The position numbers were made by a program, and so were the translations under genes. From assembly GCA_963708295.1 (NCBI GenBank), contig CAVPSJ010000014.1, forward strand, positions 1 to 64,000: DNA of 64,000 bases, in the 5' to 3' direction. The DNA is from an uncultured delta proteobacterium. GTDB taxonomy: Bacteria; Desulfobacterota; BSN033; UBA1163. Each line of letters begins with the position of its first letter. Position 1 is the stretch's first letter. Shown here in pieces: positions 29,810 through 38,631 of this stretch. The notes under the pieces were generated by a model that had not been told where the DNA came from, searched no databases, and was given only the letters and a program-made list of their open reading frames with translations.

Positions 29810-32488
29810 CTAACGAGGGGTGGAACAGAAGGTGTCGTAATCGGGCAGGTTATCCGAAAATTCTCGAGACATCCAATACCGCACATTTCCATTCTTGGGC
29901 ATAAAGCAGTAAGCCCGAAACAGGTCTTTCTTATTGAGAAAAAAGCCATGTCTGGCTAGCAATTGAGCCACCGTCTGCTCGTTACGGATGGCGGCGCCAA
30001 GCGTATCTTTTCTCTGTTCCAGGTAGGGGAGAATGCTTGCCTGGAATTGTGGGAGTTGCCATCGCGGGGGTAACGGCCATACGGCAGATTGTTTGTCGAA
30101 GTAGTGGAGATTATCAGTATTCATTCTTGTTTCGGCGCCTACCATTTTAGCCATCATTAGTTCATCCAGCCAGAAAAAGCCGGCGATATGGGCTACGGTG
30201 TCGATTTGGTATTCTTCCGCACGGAACCATTTGGGTAGTCTGTCAAGTTGTTGCTGCAAGCGTTCAGCGTTGAGAGAGAAAGGTTTAGGGGTTGCCAGGA
30301 GAAAAGCCTGGTCCGAGCCGTAGACATACCACAGTGTGGCATTGGGGAAGACGCGGCGGAACGTGTTCAGATGTATCCTGAACAAATCTCCTCTCATGGA
30401 ACCCAGCACCGGCACCCATTGCGCAAAGACCCCGCCAGGAAGCAGACGTTTTTGGACGGCTTTGTAAAATTCTTCTGTGTAGAGAATCCAGCTATCATAG
30501 GCGCGTGGATGGGTCGAATCGCAAATAATCACGTCATAACGTTTGTTGCTCGTGACCAGGTAGTTTCGGCCGTCGTCGTTGTGGAAATGGAATCGGGATT
30601 TATGAAAAATATCCCCGTTCACATCTGTAAACAAGTTGTTGATGCCTTCCACGTCGGGATTGAGATCGACCGTATCGAGGGAGGCGACCTGATCAGAGGC
30701 CAGTACAGAGCCTGCTGTAATTCCAGCTCCAAAGGCGATCACCAACACCTGCTTGGATCTCTCGGCCTCATGCACCAGTACCGGAAAGATCCCGAGGAGC
30801 TTGAACAGCTGGGCATGCCAATAGCGCGTTGACGCTTCCTCAACGCCGTTGAGGTACATGTCACGGTAAGTCCCCTTTTTGGGATCGCTCTGGTCAAGAA
30901 CGGTGACCATTGCCGCGCGTCCCTCGTGGATGAGTCTGACCTCCGCGGAACGCGCGCGTGTTGATTCCGCAATCTTTTGTGCATACAGGTTCGCCATTTT
31001 GGGCAGTGTCAGCGTAAAAACGAGGCCAAGCGCAATGATGCTCAAAGCGACGATCGACCAGCGATTAAAATTTCTGCCGGGGGAGAGCAGGCTGATGAAT
31101 CCCACGGCGGCGCAAATCAGAACAAGACCCGTCAGGGCACCCTGCATTCCAATCGCGGGAACAAGATAGTGGTTTACCAGACCCGAACCCAGCAGGCCGC
31201 CTGCAGTATTGAGAGCATAGAGCGTGGCCGCCTCCTGCGTCGCCTCGCCGCGCTTCTCCGGTTGAAGCATCCTGATCGCAATGGGCAACAGGGCGCCGAT
31301 TAAAATTGTAGGACCGATGATCAGCGCCAAAATTGGTAATGGATTTCTGGCGCTGGCGTCAGCAACCCGGGCAAACTGGTCATTGCTTACCACCCAATCG
31401 GTCAGGAGAAGATACGGGGTCAGTAAGATAAAGGCTCCTGCCGCAAGGGCGATGAAACCAAACAGACGGTTGCCGCTGTTTGTCTTACGGCACAACACCC
31501 CGTAAAGCCACGTCCCCAGTACGGCACTGATTCCTGTTCCCAAAAGAAAGCCAGTCAGCACGAGAGGGAAAACCGATATTGTGTTTCCCAGGTACAAAAT
31601 CCCCAGTCTCGTTAGCAGAACTTCATAAGCGAGTGCGACGAATCCAATGCCGAAGGTTGCGCAATTGAGAAAAAATCGTAAGCGGTTATTTACAGTTGAG
31701 TTGTTCCCGAGGGGAATCAGTTCTGCGGCGGCCTTCTTGGGTTTAGACTTTTTGACTTTCCTTCGCAGGTCCTTTTCCGGAGAAGGGCCGGATTCCCGGA
31801 CGGCCTCACCGAGTTTGGACTTCGCAATCGTGTTAGCCCCGAGTCCGCAAAGAGCCGCAAGAAGGTAGAGACCAAAGGCACAGATTAAGGTGGTTTGAAC
31901 GCCGAACTCGAACAAGAGATGGTACCCTGCCACAAAGCAGCCCAGGGCAGCGCCAAGGGTATTCAGGCTGTACAGGTAACCTGTACGTGCTGTCCGTTGT
32001 GATGGTGAATCGGGCGCTGCTCCAGAGATCATCGCAGGAAATGTCGCACCCATCAAAAAAGCGGGCAGGACAAGCGCAGCCAGGCTGACGACCATTCGCA
32101 CAATTGTCAAGGTGGCTCGATGGTGAACGCTTTCTGCCAATGATGTAAAGAGATGGGACAGCAGCTCGAATAGCGATGGCGAGAGGAGGACGTAAATGCC
32201 GATGGCGATCTCCAGCAATAAATAGGGTACGAAAGAAGCCGCTCGTTTACGAAAGATCTTTCCCCCCATATAGCTCCCAAGTCCAAGCCCTCCCATAAAG
32301 ACGACAATAATCATGGCGGTGGCGCTTAGTGAATTGCCCACGACCACGATGAGCATCCGATTCCATGTGACCTCCGCGATCAGACTGGCCGCGCCTGACG
32401 CAAAAAAGGCAACATAGATGCAGATCAAGAACAAGAATGAGCGGAAGCTAAAAGTCATCTGTCGGGGATGACTATTCGATGTAGCCAT
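29810..32488 (-). CDS. Fused MFS-like / spermidine synthase-like protein
   Basis: FFASGAASLIAEVTWNR, YSLNTLG, multiple TMs, then SAM-fold AFGAGIT, DDGRNYL, DVIICD, QWVP. Confidence 0.88.
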   Translation of the reverse strand: MATSNSHPRQMTFSFRSFLFLICIYVAFFASGAASLIAEVTWNRMLIVVVGNSLSATAMIIVVFMGGLGLGSYMGGKIFRKRAASFVPYLLLEIAIGIYVLLSPSLFELLSHLFTSLAESVHHRATLTIVRMVVSLAALVLPAFLMGATFPAMISGAAPDSPSQRTARTGYLYSLNTLGAALGCFVAGYHLLFEFGVQTTLICAFGLYLLAALCGLGANTIAKSKLGEAVRESGPSPEKDLRRKVKKSKPKKAAAELIPLGNNSTVNNRLRFFLNCATFGIGFVALAYEVLLTRLGILYLGNTISVFPLVLTGFLLGTGISAVLGTWLYGVLCRKTNSGNRLFGFIALAAGAFILLTPYLLLTDWVVSNDQFARVADASARNPLPILALIIGPTILIGALLPIAIRMLQPEKRGEATQEAATLYALNTAGGLLGSGLVNHYLVPAIGMQGALTGLVLICAAVGFISLLSPGRNFNRWSIVALSIIALGLVFTLTLPKMANLYAQKIAESTRARSAEVRLIHEGRAAMVTVLDQSDPKKGTYRDMYLNGVEEASTRYWHAQLFKLLGIFPVLVHEAERSKQVLVIAFGAGITAGSVLASDQVASLDTVDLNPDVEGINNLFTDVNGDIFHKSRFHFHNDDGRNYLVTSNKRYDVIICDSTHPRAYDSWILYTEEFYKAVQKRLLPGGVFAQWVPVLGSMRGDLFRIHLNTFRRVFPNATLWYVYGSDQAFLLATPKPFSLNAERLQQQLDRLPKWFRAEEYQIDTVAHIAGFFWLDELMMAKMVGAETRMNTDNLHYFDKQSAVWPLPPRWQLPQFQASILPYLEQRKDTLGAAIRNEQTVAQLLARHGFFLNKKDLFRAYCFMPKNGNVRYWMSREFSDNLPDYDTFCSTPR

Positions 32489-32500
32489 AAACGACTCCTG

Positions 32501-32677
32501 TTACTAAGAACTCCATAATTGATTAGACACAATTTTTCGGAAAATCTCCCCCTCCCCTCTTTGCTAAAGAGGGGCTATTCCTCCCTTTGGAAAAGGGAGG
32601 TGAGGAGGGATTTTATAAGAAATTTCTTGACTCTTGGATCATTAAATATGTTCTGTCTATTATGGACTGATTATTAA
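32501..32677. mobile_element. Second copy of the same MITE-like family
   Basis: Left TTACTAAGAACTCCATAATTGA, right TCTATTATGGACTGATTATTAA; internal CCTCCCTTTGGAAAAGGGAGG hairpin. Confidence 0.65.
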
Positions 32678-32832
32678 ATTGGCTCTTGGTGCCGATCTGT
32701 TATCGTTAGCGGACGTTGAACACGCAATTTTAACCTGAGCTCTCGTTATCCGCAATTGCAGGTGACCCTTAGTAGGTTGGCTTAATGGTGATTATTCCGG
32801 ATATTCGTGCGGGATCCCGGCTGGTCTTTCTG

Positions 32833-33255
32833 TCAAAAAATGTTTACCGTTCTTCCTCTTTTGAAAACAAACTTATCATAAAGAATAAAGTCTATGCAAG
32901 CGGCGATTCCTATGCCAACGGCTACGTTGAGGAGGTAGAAGACTCCCCATTTTTCAAGAACTGCGAAAAGAATAATTCTTAAAACTATGCCTGCTAACAA
33001 TGCAAGGTTGAAAGATATAAACTGGGCTACCAGGCTTTTCCCCTGCTTCCTGGGTGAATCTTTCCAAGTCCACAACCTGCTAATCGAAAAATTATAGACG
33101 GCGCTCATTTCAATGGCCAATATGTTAGCGAGGTTTTTCAAAAAATAGCCCTTAAATCCAAGAAGTTCTATGAAGATGGTTATAAGCAAGAAGTTCACGA
33201 GGGCAGCGCTACATCCAACAACGAGAAATTTCATTATCCGTTCGTTATAAGTCAT
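32833..33255 (-). CDS. GtrA-family lipid-linked sugar flippase
   Basis: MKFLVVGCSAALVN...YNFSISRLWTW...DFILYDKFVF, four TMs. Confidence 0.88.
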   Translation of the reverse strand: MTYNERIMKFLVVGCSAALVNFLLITIFIELLGFKGYFLKNLANILAIEMSAVYNFSISRLWTWKDSPRKQGKSLVAQFISFNLALLAGIVLRIILFAVLEKWGVFYLLNVAVGIGIAACIDFILYDKFVFKRGRTVNIF

Positions 33256-33439
33256 AACATTCACTTTCCAATCAAACGTACCGGGGCTTTCAAGAAGGAT
33301 GATCAAACAACAATATTTTAGACAATAATACATTCACGAGTTTTATTCCAATGAACAGGTAAGCCGTTTAAAAGAAAACGGTGATCGCTAGCCTAGTCAA
33401 GGTTTTGTATTATGTCATGCTTGTCCAAAATAACATTTT

Positions 33440-33675
33440 CATCGCAGAGCCGCAGAGAACGCGGAGAAAGGGTTTTTTGTTTGGCGGAGAAATACCGCCA
33501 AACAAAAAGCTTTCCGTCCTTTCAATGCAAGGCTCAGTATAGGTGCCAGAGCCACTATGAGAGTTCGATCTTGTTCCCGAAGGGGCGGAGTTTCTGCTCC
33601 AATTGTCCCGCCAGAGGCGGGATTGGAGCAGAAGAAAAATCTTCCTCAGCGATCTCGGCGTCTCAGCGGTGAAAC
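33440..33675. repeat. Long palindromic element with 9-mer arms (CGCAGAG-type) and internal hairpin
   Basis: atcgcagagccgcagagaacgcggaga ... cctcagcgatctcggcgtctcagcggtgaaa; internal tttgtttggcggagaaataccgccaaacaaa. Confidence 0.6.
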
Positions 33676-33888
33676 CTGGATTCGAAAGCAATGCATGTTA
33701 ATTCAAAAGTCCAATGAAATCAAGGTTCCCCACGAGAGATTCCCCTTAATTCGGACAGCAGTGGTATTATGTCGATTATTTCTATAATCTTTTAGTAGTG
33801 CCTCGCAGATTTTGTCTTTAATCCGGATTTAGACAACGACCGTTTACAAAACTTGAAAATATCAATACGGTCTGTTAGCTTTTAAAAG

Positions 33889-35463
33889 ATGACCAGAAAA
33901 ACAGCCAAAAGCTTCGCTAGCGATAACGAGCGAAAAGATGTGGCCGAGCAGGACACCCCGCTCAGCGTGAAAATGAACATATCGCCCCTTTATATTTATG
34001 TGCTCGCCTTTTTCTCCGGGATGTGCATCATGGCCGTTGAGCTTTGCGCGTCTCGGCTCATGGCCCCATTTTTCGGAACGTCCACCTTTGTCTGGACAAA
34101 TATCATCGGCATTATCATGATTGCCCTGTCGATCGGCTACTTTGTCGGAGGAAAGCTCGCCGATCGAAAGCCTCGGCTTCCCATCCTTCTGAAGCTTCTG
34201 ATGGCAGCCTCTGCCTTTCTCCTCGTGCTCCCCTTCCTGGCTCCACCGCTTGTCAGGTGGCTCGCGTCGCTCATGGGGAGCTTCAATTCATCCTTCTCGT
34301 TCATATTTTTCGGATCCCTTTCTGCCATAACGCTCCTTTTTTCCCCGCCTATCGTGGTGATGGGCATGACAAGCCCGTTTCTCATCAGGATCATCGCCCA
34401 AAACGGTCGCGTGGGCGACTCTGCCGGGCATATCTTCGGAATCTCAACCATCGGGAGCGTTTTGGGCACATTTTTACCCATACTCGTTTTCATTCCGATC
34501 TTCGGCACGGCGAAGACGATACTCTTTTTTGGGGCTGCACTTTTCGTTGTCACCGTGTTGGGCTTTGCCAATAGAAAGGCTGCACTCCTTTGTGTCGCCG
34601 TGGCTGTGCCGTTTTTTATTCCGGTACCGACCATGCGGGAGATCCCTGGAAAAGTCTATTCGACGGAGTCAGCCTACCAGTATATAGAGGTATTTGACAG
34701 AGGTTCTAACCGCTACCTTGCCTACAACGATGCTTTGGGGTTCCAAACGGTTGCCAACAAGACAAGCGTCTTCACCGGCCTTTATTACGACTATTATTCG
34801 CTTCTTCCTCTCTTGCTTGAGACTCCTCCGAAAAGCGCCCTCATTATCGGCCTGGGAGGCGGGATCATCGCGAATCAAATTCGTTATTTTTATCCGGAGA
34901 TTGGCGTTGACGGCGTTGAGATAGACCCAAAGGTAATAGAGATTGCCCGGACCTACTTCGCCCTTGTCGACACGGTGAGGGTGTTCAATCAGGACGGACG
35001 TATCTTTGTAAACCTGGGAAAAAAGAAATATGACATTGTCATTATCGACGCCTATACGCAGCAGGTCTATATCCCTTTTCATCTTACGACGAAAGAGTTC
35101 TTCAGCCAAGTGAAAAGGGGACTCTCGAACAATGGAGTTGTCGCCATGAACGTTTCCTCGGCAAAAAACGACTCACCCCTTATCAGGAGCATCACGAATA
35201 CGCTCCGACTTGTGTTCGGTCATGTATACCACCTCAGAATCCCGAACTCCGTTGATAACCTCGTGCTCGCCTCGGATATGAAGATTGATTTTGCGATTCC
35301 CGGTAGTGCGGTCGAAAAAGGGATGCAGAGCATAGCGCAGTACAGCCGGCGGTTTTTTACAGAGAGCCCATACGACGAAAGGTATAAGCCGCTCACTGAC
35401 GACAAGGCGCCGGTCGAGCATATGGTGGATTGGGAAATACTGAAGCAATTTGTTAAGGGTTAG
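33889..35463 (+). CDS. Fused MFS-like / spermidine synthase-like protein
   Basis: FFSGMCIMAVELCASRLMAPFFG, ISTIGSVLGT, IIGLGGG, GVEIDP, DGRIF, IIDAY, LTDDKAPVE. Confidence 0.9.
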   Translation: MTRKTAKSFASDNERKDVAEQDTPLSVKMNISPLYIYVLAFFSGMCIMAVELCASRLMAPFFGTSTFVWTNIIGIIMIALSIGYFVGGKLADRKPRLPILLKLLMAASAFLLVLPFLAPPLVRWLASLMGSFNSSFSFIFFGSLSAITLLFSPPIVVMGMTSPFLIRIIAQNGRVGDSAGHIFGISTIGSVLGTFLPILVFIPIFGTAKTILFFGAALFVVTVLGFANRKAALLCVAVAVPFFIPVPTMREIPGKVYSTESAYQYIEVFDRGSNRYLAYNDALGFQTVANKTSVFTGLYYDYYSLLPLLLETPPKSALIIGLGGGIIANQIRYFYPEIGVDGVEIDPKVIEIARTYFALVDTVRVFNQDGRIFVNLGKKKYDIVIIDAYTQQVYIPFHLTTKEFFSQVKRGLSNNGVVAMNVSSAKNDSPLIRSITNTLRLVFGHVYHLRIPNSVDNLVLASDMKIDFAIPGSAVEKGMQSIAQYSRRFFTESPYDERYKPLTDDKAPVEHMVDWEILKQFVKG

Positions 35464-35539
35464 ATCCGGTGTAACCTGAACTTCACCGGGGACATTTCAA
35501 ATATGAAAGAATAAAAAGTATCTTCACCAAATACTATAT

Positions 35540-35779
35540 TTAAGTCTCCAGCCCTAGACTTAATATGAGTGAAGAATCCACGGTTTTCGTCTTGGAAGAG
35601 CTCACTCTTCCAAGTTTCCTGATTAACCTCTTCTTATCAATGGTCCGGATTTGATTTAGCTTTACGACAGAATCCCTTTCCAAACCGCTTTCAGATGGCT
35701 TAATCTCCACATTGATAGGATATGCCTTGATTGCAGAGGAAATGGCGGCAACAATAGTAACTGGCGAAACTTCATTAAC
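35540..35779 (-). pseudogene. mazF: MazF/PemK toxin remnant lacking N-terminus
   Basis: VNEVSPVTIVAAISSAIKAYPINVEIKPSESGLERDSVVKLNQIRTIDKKRLIRKLG...ILSLGLET*; catalytic N-terminal RP motif and antitoxin absent. Confidence 0.75.
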
Positions 35780-35831
35780 TTGTCAACACCTTCCGTATCC
35801 CCGTCTGTCCATTTCTTATTTCCCCATCTCG

Positions 35832-35940
35832 TGACCGCAAGGCTTGATGATCTTGTGCCATTCAGGACGTTTCAGAAACTGTCAGCATTGAGATCCGCAA
35901 GACTGCTGAACTATCCGGAAATTGCACGTGATGCCTCCCT
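35832..35940 (+). pseudogene. Fragment of an AAA+/DUF4143-type ATPase gene
   Basis: RLDDLVPFRTFQKLSALRSARLLNYPEIARDA. Confidence 0.45.
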
Positions 35941-36136
35941 GGTTGGGGAAGGAGTGGCGAGGGGGTTTCAATGGGAAAATGATCCGAGAGTCGATGGTTA
36001 CCGGAGGAAACAAACAAGGCAATGAAATCCTGTAAACTACCCAAATGGGTTAACCAATAGCGTCAGGAACAAAGGCCAAATCAGCACTTCATGTCCTGAC
36101 GGCCGGATTTTAATTATTCTTAAGGAACTCTGCTAA

Positions 36137-36934
36137 TTAAGGGCAGACCGGTACCGCCGCTCCTCCACCCCCTCCTCCACCAGTCGTTGCACCGATGATG
36201 GCGATGGCTGCTATCCCCACTCCACTAATAATCGCTATCCATCCCCACGTCGGAATCCCTAAGAACTTGGAAGATTCGGCAGGGTTTGTGGTTTTCTCGC
36301 TCGCCTGCGCCACCATCACTTTTGGAGGGGTTTTCACAGTGACGGAAGGGAGGGTGACCGCGTCTTTGGAGGAAAGTGAAGCCAGGACACGCTTCTGATT
36401 TAAGACGGAGAGGGAACCCTGGAAACTCCTGACCGTGACTGCCCCGTTGGAATGGACCGAGATGGATCCGATCGTCGCTTCGCTCTTTGATGAAGCAGCC
36501 GAAAGGTTTTTGGAAGCCTCAAGGGATTTCGATTGGATAACCGTCAAATCCCCCACTTTGAAACTCAACTCAGTCGTGGAGGGAAGTCTGAAGTCAATGG
36601 TTCCCTCAGTCAGTTGAATCTGATCGCTTCGATCGAATGAAAGGAGGCTGTTTTCCTTTACCTCAATCAGACGATTGCCTTCTAACGTGATCAGGGAGGC
36701 CCCTTTTTCAATCTTTATTCTCATTCCCGAAAAAATTGGAAACTGGGAAAGCTCCACATTCTTCCATACCGCCTTCCTTGATTCAAACTTCACTTCTCCC
36801 CTTGAAACCATCTCACCCAGAGGCCGACCTATTTCCTTAGCCTCAACAATCATTGTATGAAATCCACTTGCCAGAAGCAAAAAGGACACGCAAAGGAAAA
36901 ACACCCAAACCTTGAAAGCAAATCCTCTTTTCAT
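36137..36934 (-). CDS. Exported FecR-like beta-rich protein with C-terminal TM and Gly tail
   Basis: Signal/TM at N-terminus, VKENSLLSF...LTEGTIDF..., C-terminal WGWIAII...GGGGGG. Confidence 0.55.
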   Translation of the reverse strand: MKRGFAFKVWVFFLCVSFLLLASGFHTMIVEAKEIGRPLGEMVSRGEVKFESRKAVWKNVELSQFPIFSGMRIKIEKGASLITLEGNRLIEVKENSLLSFDRSDQIQLTEGTIDFRLPSTTELSFKVGDLTVIQSKSLEASKNLSAASSKSEATIGSISVHSNGAVTVRSFQGSLSVLNQKRVLASLSSKDAVTLPSVTVKTPPKVMVAQASEKTTNPAESSKFLGIPTWGWIAIISGVGIAAIAIIGATTGGGGGGGAAVPVCP

Positions 36935-36975
36935 GTCTTTCCCTTCCCGGATGTTAAAGATGTTCTTTTTCTTAT

Positions 36976-37004
36976 AAAATACCCCCCTGCCCCCTTCCGG
37001 TCAA
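36976..37004 (-). promoter_or_regulatory. Sigma-70-type promoter of the FecR-like gene
   Basis: Minus strand TTGACC-N17-TATTTT. Confidence 0.45.
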
Positions 37005-37049
37005 GGGAATAATGGCCTTTGAAAATAGCTCACCTCATCTCAAGTTTCC

Positions 37050-37245
37050 ATGTCTCTTTATCACCGTTTCGCCGTGTCCCCGTGTCTAATTATCTATTTA
37101 TTTTTCCTTATCTCCCTGCCTCCTCATTCCCGATCTCGTCTTCAATGTTTCTCCCCGTCTCCCCATCGCCGTTTCACCGCGTCCCCCGTCTCATTATTTT
37201 GCTTATTCCCCCCACCGCCGTGTCCCCGCTTCTCCCAATCTCATT
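37050..37245. repeat. Degenerate octamer array (TCCCCGTN-like), single arm
   Basis: tcaccgtt tcgccgtg tccccgtg ... tccccgtc tccccatc gccgtt tcaccgcg tcccccgtc. Confidence 0.55.
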
Positions 37246-37254
37246 TACCTTGAC

Positions 37255-37440
37255 TGGGTGAGATTCCGCAAGAGGTGAGGGTTTCTCCGCTAATGAAATT
37301 CCAAATTTCACAAATTCACAAAGTCAGTCTATACTCAGGCGGGAGTAACCTTCTTAAGTTACTGAATTAAAATGAAATTTTTTGATATCAGAAAACAGGT
37401 CTTTCTGCCCGCCGAATAAGAAACTTGGTATGGGAATTGC
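37255..37440 (+). promoter_or_regulatory. Sigma-54 promoter of the nanowire operon with tandem activator sites
   Basis: TGGTATGGGAATTGC (GG-N10-GC) at 37426-37440; sites TGGGTGAGATTCCGCA 37255-37270 and TGAGGGTTTCTCCGCT 37276-37291. Confidence 0.7.
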
Positions 37441-37470
37441 GTTATACAGTCTAGTTGAAGTTAAGCCCAA

Positions 37471-38427
37471 GTGAAACGCGCCATGAAGATTAAACTGACG
37501 AGGTTATTCGTAGGATTTTTGTTAATTGTTCTTTTCGTGATGGGGATTTCGACTTCCGTCAAGGCGAATGTCAAGGCTGCGTTTCTATACAGCCTTTCTA
37601 ACTTCACAGGCAAGATACCTTATAGCGCCACAAGGATCAGCGTCGATAAACAATCGGGAGAGATTTACGTCATCTATGAAAACCTGCTGAAAGTATTTAA
37701 TCAAGCCGGAATGGAAATTTACCGTTTCGGTGAAGATTTAGATGTTGGACAAATCCTCGATCTGGCTGTCGATCCGAATGGTGACCTGCTGCTTCTTACG
37801 GTCAAGGATTCGAAACAGATGTTGGTCCAATGCAATTACAGGGGAGATCCGACATCCGAAATAGGGCTAAGAAACCTTCCCCCTGAGTTTTCCGGAGTTG
37901 TGGCGAATCGCCTGGTATGCCATGGCGAAAGCCTCTATTTCGGATCTGCCGGAGGGATGAAAATTGTCATTACCGACCTGGAGGGCAACTTTAAGAAAGG
38001 ATACGACCTGATCTCCCTTCTTGAGCTCAAAGAAGAGGACAGGGGAAACATGGAGATATTCGGTTTTAGCGTAGACGGGAACGGAAATATTCTATTTACG
38101 ATTCCTGTCCTGTTTAAGGCCTTCATGCTTTCAGATGATGGGAAAATTTCGTATTTCGGGAGGCCGGGCGGCGCCCCGGGCAAATTCAATATCGTTTCAG
38201 GAATTGTAAGGGATAGTAGAGGGAATTTTCTGGTGGTTGACCGATTGAAGTCCGCCGTGATGATTTTTGACAAGAAGCTTAGTTTCGTGACCCAGTTTGG
38301 CTATCGCGGTTTCAAGCCGGAAAACCTCTTTAACCCGGATGACATCGCCATTGATAGCAATGACAGGATCTATGTGACCCAGCAAAGAAAAAGGGGGGTA
38401 AGTGTTTTCAAGCTGACTTACGATTAG
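37471..38427 (+). CDS. Secreted NHL-repeat beta-propeller protein
   Basis: Signal peptide; FGRPGGAPGKFNIVSGI, FNPDDIAIDSNDRIYVT repeats; directly upstream of omcS-like gene. Confidence 0.85.
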   Translation: MKRAMKIKLTRLFVGFLLIVLFVMGISTSVKANVKAAFLYSLSNFTGKIPYSATRISVDKQSGEIYVIYENLLKVFNQAGMEIYRFGEDLDVGQILDLAVDPNGDLLLLTVKDSKQMLVQCNYRGDPTSEIGLRNLPPEFSGVVANRLVCHGESLYFGSAGGMKIVITDLEGNFKKGYDLISLLELKEEDRGNMEIFGFSVDGNGNILFTIPVLFKAFMLSDDGKISYFGRPGGAPGKFNIVSGIVRDSRGNFLVVDRLKSAVMIFDKKLSFVTQFGYRGFKPENLFNPDDIAIDSNDRIYVTQQRKRGVSVFKLTYD

Positions 38428-38631
38428 GCTTTAGTTGGCAGACACGTGACACAAAGCACGGTCACGTTTTTTCGATTTCACAGGGGGTAATTCGGGGGGA
38501 AATAAAAAATAAAGAAGGAGGTGGTCGAAGGCAATCGATAATAAGCAAGTGATCAGTGATCGGTAATCAGTAGGCAGTAAACAGTAAACACTAAGCAGGA
38601 AGCAGGAAAAAAAATTTATTAGGAGGACAAA

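Noticed and set aside
38428-38631. GEMM-I (c-di-GMP/cGAMP) riboswitch, known upstream of omcS in Geobacter
   Set aside because: No GAAA-tetraloop/GCAAA/receptor pattern visible upstream of either omcS-like gene; an Infernal search would settle it
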